Assembly: GCA_030668505.1 (NCBI GenBank)
Contig: DAOUTV010000001.1
Location: forward strand, 1 to 29,061
Origin: Desulfobacterales bacterium
GTDB lineage: Bacteria; Desulfobacterota; Desulfobacteria; Desulfobacterales; C00003060
Direction of reading: 5' to 3'
DNA length: 29,061 bases
Shown: positions 1 through 9,012 of the stretch, piece by piece
Layout of the letters: each line of letters opens with the position of its first letter
Position numbering within the stretch: position 1 is the stretch's first letter
Notes under the pieces: generated by a model
Databases searched by the model: none
Told to the model about the DNA's origin: nothing
Seen by the model: only the letters and a program-made list of their open reading frames with translations
Position numbers and translations under genes: made by a program

Positions 1-2
1 AG

Positions 3-1277
3 GGGGTGGATCAGGAAAAGGCAGAAAGCGTCTTTAACTTGATAGAAAAATTCGGGCGATATGGTTTTAATAAGGCCCACAGTGCAGCCTATGCCATGAT
101 TGCCTTTCAAACCGCCTATCTAAAGACCCACTTTCCGGTTGTGTTGATGGCTGCCATTTTAACAAGCGAGATGAACTCGACCGAAGAGGTGGTAAAGTAT
201 ATTGCTGAATGCCGCAATCAGGGCATTGAGGTTTTTCCCCCTGATATTAATCAAAGCGAAACGAATTTCACGGTCGTAGAGGACAAGATTCGTTTTGGTC
301 TTGCTGCCGTCAAAAATGTTGGACAAGGGGCAATAGAGTCGGTCCTTGAGGTTCGGAAACAGGATGGACCCTTTAAGTCATTATTTGATTTTTGCGAACG
401 GATTGACCATAGAAAAATTAACCGGCGCGTTGTTGAGAGCCTGATCAAGTGCGGGGCCTTTGATTCAATAGGGGCAAAACGCTCCCAGATGATGGCAATG
501 CTGGGGGAGGCTTTGGAGGTAGGACATAAGATCCAGAAGGATCGCACCAGTGGACAATTTAGCCTTTTTGATACTTTGGAAACATACAACAATGAGACTA
601 TGTATCCCACATTTCCTGAAATGGAGGAATGGAATGAGGGTGAGCTTTTAAACTATGAGAAAGAATCCCTCGGGTTTTTCATAACAGGACATCCACTCGC
701 CAAGTATGAGCCGTTACTCAAGAAGTTCGCTAATACCGACACCCTGAAGCTGCACGATCTTTCAGACGGTCAAGTCGTTCGCATAGGTGGCATCGTTAGG
801 GATTTTAAGCACCATAACGACAAGAAAGGCGAAGTCATGGCATTTGTAACCCTTGAAGACCTGAATGGGTTTGCAGAGATCACCCTGTTTGCTTCAGTGT
901 ATTCCTCGGTATCTGGATATATAGAGAAGGATTCTGCCATCATGATTGAAGGGCGGGTAACCAAAGACGAAAACTCAAGCAAGATCCTGGCCGATACGGT
1001 TGTTCCAATAAACAAGGCAGAGGAAACATGGACAGCGAGCGTCCATCTCAATCTCGATGTAACCGTTCACAACAAAGAAAGCCTTGAAAAGCTATACGAA
1101 ATTTTCAAACAACACAAAGGATCTTCCAGTGCCTATCTGCACCTCGTAATGCCCCAAAGGACCGACACGAGTATTGTACTGCACGACAGCATAAGGGTAA
1201 AAGCTGGTCCGGACTTGACCGAAGCGGTTAACAAGTTTTTGGGCTACAGTGCGGTTAAAACCGTGTGTCAGAAATAA
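3..1277 (+). CDS. dnaE: DNA polymerase III alpha subunit, C-terminal part (5' truncated by window edge)
   Basis: Frame is open to the window start. Motifs FGRYGFNKAHSAAYA, YLKTHFP, PPDINQS, IRFGLAAVKNVG, LIKCGAFD, EKESLGFFITGHPL, followed by an OB-fold (MAFVTLED). Confidence 0.97.
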   Translation, partial: GVDQEKAESVFNLIEKFGRYGFNKAHSAAYAMIAFQTAYLKTHFPVVLMAAILTSEMNSTEEVVKYIAECRNQGIEVFPPDINQSETNFTVVEDKIRFGLAAVKNVGQGAIESVLEVRKQDGPFKSLFDFCERIDHRKINRRVVESLIKCGAFDSIGAKRSQMMAMLGEALEVGHKIQKDRTSGQFSLFDTLETYNNETMYPTFPEMEEWNEGELLNYEKESLGFFITGHPLAKYEPLLKKFANTDTLKLHDLSDGQVVRIGGIVRDFKHHNDKKGEVMAFVTLEDLNGFAEITLFASVYSSVSGYIEKDSAIMIEGRVTKDENSSKILADTVVPINKAEETWTASVHLNLDVTVHNKESLEKLYEIFKQHKGSSSAYLHLVMPQRTDTSIVLHDSIRVKAGPDLTEAVNKFLGYSAVKTVCQK

Positions 1278-1293
1278 TCGATAATCCAAAATC

Positions 1294-1378
1294 GTAAGAG
1301 TTTAGCTTTTTGAAAAAGGCCGGATTTTGCTCACTCCTGTGAGCGAAACAGGTCTTTTTCATACACGTAAAGTGTTAC
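1294..1378 (+). repeat. Family A palindromic repeat, short form (85 bp), copy 1
   Basis: GTAAGAGTTTAGC...CGTAAAGTGTTAC with central hairpin GCTCAC-TCCT-GTGAGC. The first 51 nt are identical to 2436-2486, and there are 6 mismatches to the reverse complement of 24168-24252. Confidence 0.9.
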
Positions 1379-1391
1379 CCAAAATCAAATA

Positions 1392-2120
1392 ATGAAGTCG
1401 TATGAACATCGTACTTATAGAAGTCTCATTTCGGACAAGAAGCTGGCAAGCTTCCGTGTTGTGGTAAATGAGACCGATCTTCTTGTTAGGGCCGACAGAC
1501 CCCTTGAAACCCAAACAAGAGATCTTATTTTGAGGCACAGAATCCCCCTTGAACGTTATATTGAACAACATCCTGAGTTTGTCCATAGGATGATCCCTTT
1601 GCCCCAGGACCGGCTAGCGTCACCCATTGTCAGAACAATGATTACGGCTGGCCAAAAGGCAGGTGTTGGTCCGATGGCAGCTGTTGCAGGGGCTATTGCT
1701 GAATATGTAGGCAGAGACCTTTTGGCACACAGCAAAGATGTGATCGTTGAAAATGGAGGAGATATTTTTATAAGAACCGGATTTCCTTTAGTTGCAGCTA
1801 TATTTGCCGGCAAATCTTCCCTGAGTAGCAAACTTGGGGTACGCATCGATTCACCGGGTCGCCCTGTAGCAGTTTGCACTTCTTCGGGAACTTTGGGGCA
1901 TTCCCTTAGCCTTGGAAGGGCCGACGCAGCAGTGGTGATCTCAGAGTCTGCGGCCCTTGGAGATGCAACTGCCACATCCATTGCAAATAAGGTGTCAGGC
2001 AGGCAAGACATTGAACCGGCTATAGAATTCGGGAAGAAGATAGAAGGGGTTCTGGGCATTGTTGTTGTCTTGGATAAAGAGATCGGCTTTGGTGGTGAGG
2101 TGGAACTGGTAAGGATTTAG
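1392..2120 (+). CDS. UPF0280 family protein (ApbE-like, COG2122)
   Basis: 242 aa with ETDL, GVGPMAAVAGAIAE, VIVENGGDIF, VCTSSGTLGHSLSLGRADAAVV and GDATAT motifs typical of the family. Confidence 0.9.
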   Translation: MKSYEHRTYRSLISDKKLASFRVVVNETDLLVRADRPLETQTRDLILRHRIPLERYIEQHPEFVHRMIPLPQDRLASPIVRTMITAGQKAGVGPMAAVAGAIAEYVGRDLLAHSKDVIVENGGDIFIRTGFPLVAAIFAGKSSLSSKLGVRIDSPGRPVAVCTSSGTLGHSLSLGRADAAVVISESAALGDATATSIANKVSGRQDIEPAIEFGKKIEGVLGIVVVLDKEIGFGGEVELVRI

Positions 2121-2160
2121 TTCCTTAGTTCTGAAATTCGTGTTTTTTCTGGCAGAAAAT

Positions 2161-2335
2161 AAATTCGAAATCCGAATATCGAAATCCGAAACAAATCTTC
2201 AATTTTCAAAATGCAAATGACCAAAACTGAATCCACAACCATAATCATGTCAAATAACTTGGATTACATGTTTTGAACATTCGAACATTTGTATTTTGGA
2301 TTTGTTTCGAATTTCGGATTTCGTGCTTCGTATTT
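2161..2335. repeat. Long imperfect palindrome built from CGAAAT(C/T) heptamer repeats
   Basis: Left arm 2161-2197 (AAATTCGAAATCCGAATATCGAAATCCGAAACAAATC) is inverted relative to right arm 2299-2335, with weaker inner pairing. Confidence 0.8.
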
Positions 2336-2435
2336 CCGCTTTATGCGGGTTAGGGATTTTGGCGTTTGACGCGATTAAGCATATACAAAAGGACTTGTTT
2401 TTTTTGCTAAGTCTGTTTATAAGTAAAGATACTTT

Positions 2436-2785
2436 GTAAGAGTTTAGCTTTTTGAAAAAGGCCGGATTTTGCTCACTCCTGTGAGCCATTTTGGGATTCA
2501 TGAATCGCTCCACTAAATCGCAAAAACTCGGGCTAACGCCCTCAAACAGTTTGCGATTTTGACGTTCCGTTCTTCATGAATCTTTTTCCAAAATTGCTCA
2601 ATATCGTTCATAAAACGAGTCTTTTTCATACACGTAAAGTGTTGATGGTTTCGTAAAAAGTCGAAAAACACCTCTTTCTGTCATTCCGGCGAAAGCCGGA
2701 ATCCAGTTTATTCAGCTAGTTACAAAGGCTCTGGACTCCGGTTTTCACCGGAGTGACGACTTTTTACGAGATTATCAAGTGTTAC
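2436..2785 (+). repeat. Family A repeat, long form, copy 2, with an internal palindromic insert and a nested family C element
   Basis: 2436-2486 is identical to 1294-1344 and 2619-2643 is identical to 1352-1376. About 125 bp extra palindromic segment at 2487-2611. The terminal GTGTTAC reappears at 2779-2785 after the nested element. Confidence 0.85.
2642..2778. mobile_element. Family C MITE-like element, copy 1
   Basis: 21-bp terminal inverted repeats TTGATGGTTTCGTAAAAAGTC / GACTTTTTACGAGATTATCAA (18/21 match). Core has paired hairpins GTCATTCCGGCGAAAGCCGGAATCCAG and CTGGACTCCGGTTTTCACCGGAGTGAC. No ORF. Confidence 0.8.
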
Positions 2786-2811
2786 GATACTTTTTTTCTG
2801 AGATGAAAACT

Positions 2812-3288
2812 ATGAAGACCGTATGGGCTCCTTGGCGCATGGAGTATATTTTGAGTGAAAAAGAAGATGGGTGTATATTCTGTTTTGCCTTATCGGGGCA
2901 GAGCGATCCCATACTGTACGAAGGTTCACTCTCCATGGTCATTATGAACAAGTATCCATATATTAATGGACATCTTTTAGTTGCCCCCAAAAGACACATA
3001 TCGTCTTTAAATGATATGACAAAGGAAGAGATGGCCGAGCTTTTAAAGACGATCAAAGACTCGATCGAAATACTAAAAAAAGTTATGAAGCCGGATGGGT
3101 TCAATGTAGGCCTGAATCTTGGCGAGGTGGCTGGGGCGGGTGTAGAACAGCACCTTCATTTTCATATTGTACCGCGATGGCATGGAGATACCAATGCTAT
3201 GACGGTGTTTGCTGAGGTGCGGGTGATACCTGAGCACCTTGAGGCAACGTATTATAACCTTAAACCTTATTTTGATGGGCTCAGCTGA
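2812..3288 (+). CDS. HIT family nucleotide hydrolase (Ap4A hydrolase/Fhit-like)
   Basis: WAPWRMEY, CIFC, NKYPYINGHLLVAP, FNVGLNLGEVAGAG and the histidine triad HLHFHIVPR. Start placed at MKTVWAPW (ATG 2812; 2803 also possible). Confidence 0.92.
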   Translation: MKTVWAPWRMEYILSEKEDGCIFCFALSGQSDPILYEGSLSMVIMNKYPYINGHLLVAPKRHISSLNDMTKEEMAELLKTIKDSIEILKKVMKPDGFNVGLNLGEVAGAGVEQHLHFHIVPRWHGDTNAMTVFAEVRVIPEHLEATYYNLKPYFDGLS

Positions 3289-3316
3289 GACCCTTGAAAT
3301 ACAAGGAGATTTTAAG

Positions 3317-3664
3317 ATGAAATCCATAAGGCCGGTGTTATGGTCCCTGATAGTCGTCTTCTTAGTAACCATCGTGGTTCAGAATCTTGGTCTGCTTACC
3401 CACAAGGAATCTTTAAGGCTGAACCTTCCGTTGATAAATGAATATCAGACCGAGCCTATTCACCTATCTATTTACTTCTTGGGGTTCTTTTTGATAGGTC
3501 TTCTCATTTCCTATGTCCATGGGCTGGTGGAACGTTTCAAAGCAAACAGGACTATAAAAAATCATCTCGAAACCATTCGTAAGTTAGAAGACGAGATAAA
3601 GACCTTCAAAGACTTACCTGCTCAGAAAATGAACACGCCTTCCAAAGAAACCTTGAATGCCTGA
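3317..3664 (+). CDS. LapA-like (lipopolysaccharide assembly protein A domain) small membrane protein
   Basis: AGGAG RBS at 3304 before ATG 3317. Pattern of N-terminal TM ending in VQN, second TM (FLGFFLIGLLI) and a coiled-coil tail. 115 aa. Confidence 0.65.
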   Translation: MKSIRPVLWSLIVVFLVTIVVQNLGLLTHKESLRLNLPLINEYQTEPIHLSIYFLGFFLIGLLISYVHGLVERFKANRTIKNHLETIRKLEDEIKTFKDLPAQKMNTPSKETLNA

Positions 3665-3847
3665 CAATTCGGAGGTTCTACCCGGCATACGGTGGTGAAT
3701 TAAGGGGCTTTTGATTGCAGTTGATTTGTACCATCCACAATAATTTCATATATTTTTCTAAACCCATCACCCCGGTACTCCATCACCCCTGTGTATCATT
3801 TGGTTTAAATTCCCCATGTTCAATCAGACCTTACAGGTTCTACTGCC

Positions 3848-6469
3848 ATGGTTAAAGCCACCCCGATGGTTCAGCAATATCTATCGATTAAGCAGCAGTA
3901 CCCTGATGCTATTCTGTTTTACCGTATGGGCGATTTCTATGAGATGTTCTTTGAAGATGCAAAGGTAGCATCTCGAATCCTCGAAATTGCTCTAACTTCC
4001 CGAAACAAAAAGGACGTAGAACCGATTCCTATGTGCGGCGTGCCCCACCATGCCGCCCAGGGCTACATCGCGCGGCTGATTGAGCGAGGTTTCAAGGTGG
4101 CCATTTGTGAACAGGTGGAAGATCCGGCACTGGCAAAGGGACTTGTGAAGCGGGATGTTGTGAGAGTGATAACACCCGGAGTGGTCATTGACACAGAGAT
4201 TCTGGATGCAAGGTCCAACAACTTCCTCATGGCCTTATCTTACAGCCAAGGTCGCTACGGGATCGCCCATCTTGATATTTCCACAGGGACTTTCAGGATG
4301 ACCGAGTCAAGCGATTTCGACAAGATCGCAGACGAATGCAGACGTATTGAACCAAGCGAAGTCCTGCTTGCCGACTCGCATCGCGAGACTGTTGAAATCA
4401 AAATGCTGGTAGAAACGCTTGGAAAGGCATCTTTAAACTTCTTGAAGGATGAACATTTTGAACCGGAATTAGCTCGAACGCGGCTTCTGAGGCAGTTTAA
4501 GACCAAATCTCTGAAAGGATTTGGTTGTAATGAATGGCGAGCCGGCATTGCGGCGGCAGGCGCTCTTCTGCGCTACATAGATGGTAATGAAAAGGGAGAA
4601 CTCGTGCACATCACGGGTGTTGCATGCTACAGCATTTCCGACTTCATGGTCATAGATGAGGCCAGCAAGAGAAACTTAGAACTCTTTGAGACTATTTGGA
4701 CCGGTGCCAAACGTGGGTCCCTTATTGGTATAATTGATCAAACTGTAACAAACATGGGCGCTCGCATGCTTCGGGCCTGGCTTCAGTATCCGCTTTTAGA
4801 TCCTGAGCAAATCAAGCTCCGATTAGACGCCGTGGGAGAGGCCAAGGAGAAGCTTCCCGTGAGGCGTTCGGTAAGGAAGGCCTTACAAGAAGTACATGAT
4901 CTGCAGCGCTTAAATGCCAGGATTGCGCTTGATCGGTGCAATGCGCGAGATCTGTTAGCGTTGAAACACTCTATTCAAAAACTCCCCAAGATACGCACTT
5001 TGGTAGACGAGTTTGCAAACAAGTTTTTTGTTGAGATTACCTCAAAATGGGATGACCTTGACGATGTAAGGGGGTTGATCGAAAAAGCCATCACTGATGA
5101 GCCGCCTCTTACAACACACGAAGGTGGCATTATTAAGCCCGACTTTGATGAAGGGCTCGATGAACTGGTTGGGAGCAGTCGTGAAGGAAAGGATTGGATC
5201 TTACGTCTGGAGGCCAAGGAGCGGCGAGCTACAGGGATTAACTCATTGAAGGTGGGCTTCAACAAGGTTTTTGGTTACTATATTGAGGTTTCCAAGACCA
5301 ATATCAAATCAGTTCCTGCGCACTATGTACGCAAACAGACCCTGGTTAACGCAGAGCGCTACATTACCGAGGACCTTAAGGTCTATGAGTCTAAAGTGCT
5401 GGGGGCTGAAGAAAAACGAGCCCGATTGGAGTTTGAGCTGTTTTGTGTGGTAAGGAAAAGTGTGGCTCAAAATAATCGTCGCATTGCCGGGATGGCTGAC
5501 GCTGTGTCCAAGGTAGATGTGTTGCTGGCATTGGCTGAACTGGCTGATCAAAATGGTTATACAAAGCCGGTCGTTCATGCAGGTGACAGCCTCTTTTTGA
5601 AGGAGAGTTGTCATCCAGTTGTTGAAAAATTGGTATCATCTGAACGGTTTGTGCCAAACACCATTGAGATGGATCATACCTCCCGACAGGTGCTTATCAT
5701 TACTGGACCCAACATGGCCGGAAAATCAACAATCCTGCGTCAGGTAGCCCTGTTGGTATTGATGGCCCAGACGGGTTCTTTTGTTCCAGCAGAAGCAGCC
5801 TCCATTGGAATAGTCGATCGAATCTTCACCCGGGTTGGGGCGTTTGATAACCTTGCCGAAGGCCAAAGCACCTTCATGGTAGAAATGCAGGAGACCGCCA
5901 ACATCTTAAATAATGCCACTGAGAAGAGCTTGGTCATTCTGGATGAGATCGGCAGGGGGACTAGTACTTTTGACGGCCTGAGCATTGCCTGGGCTGTGGC
6001 AGAATATCTACACGACTGTAAAGGCCGTGGAATCAAAACCCTTTTTGCCACTCACTATCATGAGCTAACGGACCTGGCCCTTACCAAACCTAGAGTCAAG
6101 AATTACAATATTGCTGTCAAGGAATGGAATGAGGAGGTCATTTTCTTGAGGAAATTGGTTGAGGGAGGTACCAATCGAAGCTATGGTATCCAGGTGGCTC
6201 GTTTAGCGGGCGTTCCGGCACGGGTTTTGGAAAGGGCCAGAGAAATACTAAAGAACATAGAACGTGGTGAATTAGATGGTGAAGGAGAACCTGTGCTGGC
6301 ACGTTCTAAGAGACCACTTGAAAAAAACGCGAGTGTTCAGCTTCCCCTTTTTACGACTTCAGGTCAGATAGTGATTAATGCCTTGAAAAAGCTGGATATT
6401 TCAAATATGACACCCCTTGAAGCATTGAACCGTTTGAGCGACCTGAAAGAGTTAACGGATGATCAATAA
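3848..6469 (+). CDS. mutS: DNA mismatch repair protein MutS
   Basis: TPMVQQY, FYRMGDFYEMF, PMCGVP, Walker A GPNMAGKST, STFMVEM, DEIGRGTST, FATHYHEL and SYGIQVA. Confidence 0.99.
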   Translation: MVKATPMVQQYLSIKQQYPDAILFYRMGDFYEMFFEDAKVASRILEIALTSRNKKDVEPIPMCGVPHHAAQGYIARLIERGFKVAICEQVEDPALAKGLVKRDVVRVITPGVVIDTEILDARSNNFLMALSYSQGRYGIAHLDISTGTFRMTESSDFDKIADECRRIEPSEVLLADSHRETVEIKMLVETLGKASLNFLKDEHFEPELARTRLLRQFKTKSLKGFGCNEWRAGIAAAGALLRYIDGNEKGELVHITGVACYSISDFMVIDEASKRNLELFETIWTGAKRGSLIGIIDQTVTNMGARMLRAWLQYPLLDPEQIKLRLDAVGEAKEKLPVRRSVRKALQEVHDLQRLNARIALDRCNARDLLALKHSIQKLPKIRTLVDEFANKFFVEITSKWDDLDDVRGLIEKAITDEPPLTTHEGGIIKPDFDEGLDELVGSSREGKDWILRLEAKERRATGINSLKVGFNKVFGYYIEVSKTNIKSVPAHYVRKQTLVNAERYITEDLKVYESKVLGAEEKRARLEFELFCVVRKSVAQNNRRIAGMADAVSKVDVLLALAELADQNGYTKPVVHAGDSLFLKESCHPVVEKLVSSERFVPNTIEMDHTSRQVLIITGPNMAGKSTILRQVALLVLMAQTGSFVPAEAASIGIVDRIFTRVGAFDNLAEGQSTFMVEMQETANILNNATEKSLVILDEIGRGTSTFDGLSIAWAVAEYLHDCKGRGIKTLFATHYHELTDLALTKPRVKNYNIAVKEWNEEVIFLRKLVEGGTNRSYGIQVARLAGVPARVLERAREILKNIERGELDGEGEPVLARSKRPLEKNASVQLPLFTTSGQIVINALKKLDISNMTPLEALNRLSDLKELTDDQ

Positions 6470-6593
6470 CCGATCTTAAGAGTTTCGTCCCAATTTAGAG
6501 TATCTGAGAATTGGAGTAGTGAATTGGGTTATGCGCTATATGTTTCTAACAAATAACCACAGCATTCAATCAACCTATCAATCCAATCGGCCT

Positions 6594-8219
6594 ATGGCCC
6601 ATAGACATATATATTTTCTCGTCTTGCTTATTCTGTTTGTTTTAAACCCGCATGTTGCTACAGGATATCAAACCGAAAGTGACTATAAACACGCTATGTC
6701 GTGTTTTGAAAAGCTCATGAAAGACCCTAAAAAACAGAAGTTCCGACATCATTGGATTGCATGCATAAAGGAATTTGGTGCTGTTTACGCATCCCAACCG
6801 AACGGGCGAAAGGCAGATGACGCCCTTTTCATGAAGGCAAGGTTGTATGCCGAGTTGTATGGGTATTCCGGCAAAAAGAAAGACAAGCAACGAGCCCTCG
6901 AATATTACAAAGGCTTGCTGAAGCGTTTTCCCAAGAGCCGATATACGTCAAAAGCTAAAAGGGCAATTACCAGGCTGGGCGGTGGCTACCCAAATGCGTC
7001 AAAATCTATCACTGCAGTGCCTGTCAAAAAGCCCGCCTTTAATAAGAAGAGATCCAATGCTAAACCAAGATCGCTTGCTGAGGTAAAGGAAATACGTTTT
7101 TGGTCCAGCACTAGCTATACTCGTGTGGTCATTGATGTAGAATCTGAGGTTTCCTATACTCACCGTCTGTTGAAAAAAGACCCCACCATTGCAAAGCCTA
7201 TGCGTCTTTGTATTGATCTGAATCATGCGCGTATAGGGCAGGGGCTAAAGCCGGTAGTACCGATCGCAGATGATCTCCTCAGCAGTGTCCGGGCAGCTCA
7301 AAATAGTCCGAATACGGTCCGGCTCGTTTTAGATATTAAATCGATTGGTGATTTTAAGATATTCTCTCTACACAACCCTTTTCGTATTGTAGTCGATGTA
7401 AGTAGTGTGTCCTTGATGTCCGCATCAAAGACTACATCAAAAAAACGATTTAATCACGAACTGGAAAAGCCGGATGGTAAGCTACCCAAGGGTGCCTTGG
7501 CAAAACAACTAGCCCTTGGGGTAAAACGGATCGTCATTGATCCCGGACATGGGGGGAAAGATCCGGGTGCAATTGGATATTTAAAGGGTATAAGAGAAAA
7601 GAACGTGACCCTGGAGATTTCACGGAGGCTGGCTAAAAAGATTCGTCTGAGGCTTGGATGCGAGGTCATACTGACCCGAAACTCAGACACCTTTCTTTCA
7701 CTTGAAGAACGCACTGCCATCGCAAATACTAAGAATGCCGACCTTTTCATTTCCGTTCATACCAATGCGAACAGGGCTATGGCTTGTCGTGGTATTGAGA
7801 CTTATTTCTTGAATTTGGCCACAGATGAAGACGCAATTTTAGTAGCTGCACGTGAAAATGCCACGTCAGCCAAGAATATTAGCGACCTTCAGACAATCTT
7901 TAGTGATCTTATGAAAAACGCCATGATAGATGAATCAAGTCGCCTGGCGGGTTATGTTCAAGAATCCATGATTAGGGAATTAAAACCTAAATACCAATGG
8001 ATTAAAGATAAAGGCGTGAAAAAGGCACCCTTCTATGTACTGCTAGGTGCTGAGATGCCGTCAATATTGATAGAGACTGCTTTTATAACTAACCCCAGAG
8101 AGTGCCGCAGATTAAACAGCGCCAGTTACCAGGAAGACTTAGCCAATGCCATTGTCACGGGCCTCCAGCGCTATATCAAGGATATCCATCCGACTGCACA
8201 CATAAAGGCTCACCTTTGA
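6594..8219 (+). CDS. N-acetylmuramoyl-L-alanine amidase (signal/TM, TPR-like, AMIN, Amidase_3)
   Basis: IDPGHGGKDPGA, EKNVTL, LEERTAIAN, FISVHTNA and ILIETAFITN. AMIN-like segments (TRVVIDV, VRLVLD, NPFRIVVDV). Start chosen at ATG 6594, just before the hydrophobic signal; 6519 is also possible. Confidence 0.93.
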   Translation: MAHRHIYFLVLLILFVLNPHVATGYQTESDYKHAMSCFEKLMKDPKKQKFRHHWIACIKEFGAVYASQPNGRKADDALFMKARLYAELYGYSGKKKDKQRALEYYKGLLKRFPKSRYTSKAKRAITRLGGGYPNASKSITAVPVKKPAFNKKRSNAKPRSLAEVKEIRFWSSTSYTRVVIDVESEVSYTHRLLKKDPTIAKPMRLCIDLNHARIGQGLKPVVPIADDLLSSVRAAQNSPNTVRLVLDIKSIGDFKIFSLHNPFRIVVDVSSVSLMSASKTTSKKRFNHELEKPDGKLPKGALAKQLALGVKRIVIDPGHGGKDPGAIGYLKGIREKNVTLEISRRLAKKIRLRLGCEVILTRNSDTFLSLEERTAIANTKNADLFISVHTNANRAMACRGIETYFLNLATDEDAILVAARENATSAKNISDLQTIFSDLMKNAMIDESSRLAGYVQESMIRELKPKYQWIKDKGVKKAPFYVLLGAEMPSILIETAFITNPRECRRLNSASYQEDLANAIVTGLQRYIKDIHPTAHIKAHL

Positions 8220-8296
8220 CGACTCCATTCTGTTGATTTTTTCAAAAGTTCTCAACTAAACTGTACTTTTATCACCTATTGAAAAGGCGCTTTCTT

Positions 8297-8316
8297 CCAC
8301 GGGCTCACGCCCGTGG
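8297..8316. repeat. REP-like GC hairpin / possible bidirectional terminator between convergent genes
   Basis: CCACGGGC-TCAC-GCCCGTGG, a perfect 8-bp stem with outer GCGCT/AGCGC pairing, between the amidase and fxsA stop codons. Confidence 0.55.
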
Positions 8317-8343
8317 TCTTCAGCGCAAATTTTGATATAATTT

Positions 8344-8736
8344 TCAGAAGATCATTATGTTGGTTTTGTTTTCTGAGATCCATTTATCAAGCTTCTTGCG
8401 CAACCACTGCTTAAACAAAGACCTGGTGTTTGGTATCAGTATTGCGAGACCTGCCAAATCGGTAATGAATCCAGGGGTGAGCAGTACGATGCCGGCGACG
8501 AAGATCAACAGGGCATCCAACATTTCCTCTGCTGGAAGTTCCCCACGGTTCATGCTTTCTCTGACTCTCATCATAGTTTTAATTCCTTGAAGCTTGGCCA
8601 GATAAGCGCCCAAAAGGCCTGTCACAATCACGACAAGGATGGTGTTAAAAGCCCCCAGGTAATATCCAATCTTTATCAAGAGATAGAGTTCAGAAAAGGG
8701 TATGAGCGTAAAAGCCAGAAACAGTTTTAGTAACAT
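8344..8736 (-). CDS. fxsA: FxsA family membrane protein
   Basis: 130 aa: P..ELYLLIKIG, TGLLGAYLAKLQG, AGIVLLTPGFITD. Confidence 0.92.
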   Translation of the reverse strand: MLLKLFLAFTLIPFSELYLLIKIGYYLGAFNTILVVIVTGLLGAYLAKLQGIKTMMRVRESMNRGELPAEEMLDALLIFVAGIVLLTPGFITDLAGLAILIPNTRSLFKQWLRKKLDKWISENKTNIMIF

Positions 8737-8877
8737 ATTTGGTAAATCCCCAGCAGTTGTCTATTTACCTTGATGGTACAGGAATTTCCTTTTTCGCTTT
8801 GAGCTTTGAGCTTTCAGCTAATTTAAGCATATGCGGGTGCTCCATCATGTGTCAAGGTCAAGCGGCAAGTTTCTTCG

Positions 8878-8906
8878 TTGACGCTGTAATCGCTAATTGA
8901 TATGAG
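8878..8906 (+). promoter_or_regulatory. Candidate sigma70 promoter for malQ
   Basis: TTGACG, 17-nt spacer, TATGAG with a TGn extension, about 105 bp upstream of malQ. Confidence 0.4.
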
Positions 8907-9012
8907 AACTTATAGACATTAATTGGAATAGTATTCCTCTGAATCACGTCCGTAAGACCTTCCGGGGGTATTCAATACCACGTCTGCTGGTATGGTTGTG
9001 AAAATGTCTTAA

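Noticed and set aside
45-85. Known DnaE intein insertion region (FGRY-GFNKAH)
   Set aside because: Sequence is contiguous and has Gly where an intein needs Cys/Ser/Thr; no intein.
2250-2513. 87-aa minus-strand ORF (also 1359-1586, 12857-13054 and 23821-24021)
   Set aside because: Translations of repeat or promoter DNA; no RBS or family signal.
1294-2785. Repeated 51-nt sequence as a possible CRISPR repeat
   Set aside because: Copies are over 1 kb apart and separated by genes; no regular spacers and no cas genes.
2779-2811. Upstream starts in the ORF track for HIT (2779), LapA-like (3239), CheA (14145) and MCP (16843)
   Set aside because: They fall inside a repeat or an upstream gene. Downstream ATGs have an RBS or translational coupling and match family N-termini.
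8796-8820. GCTTTGA x3 heptamer run, and the CCATCACCCC direct repeat at 3764-3789
   Set aside because: Too short to call as features alone; mentioned only as context for periodic repeats.
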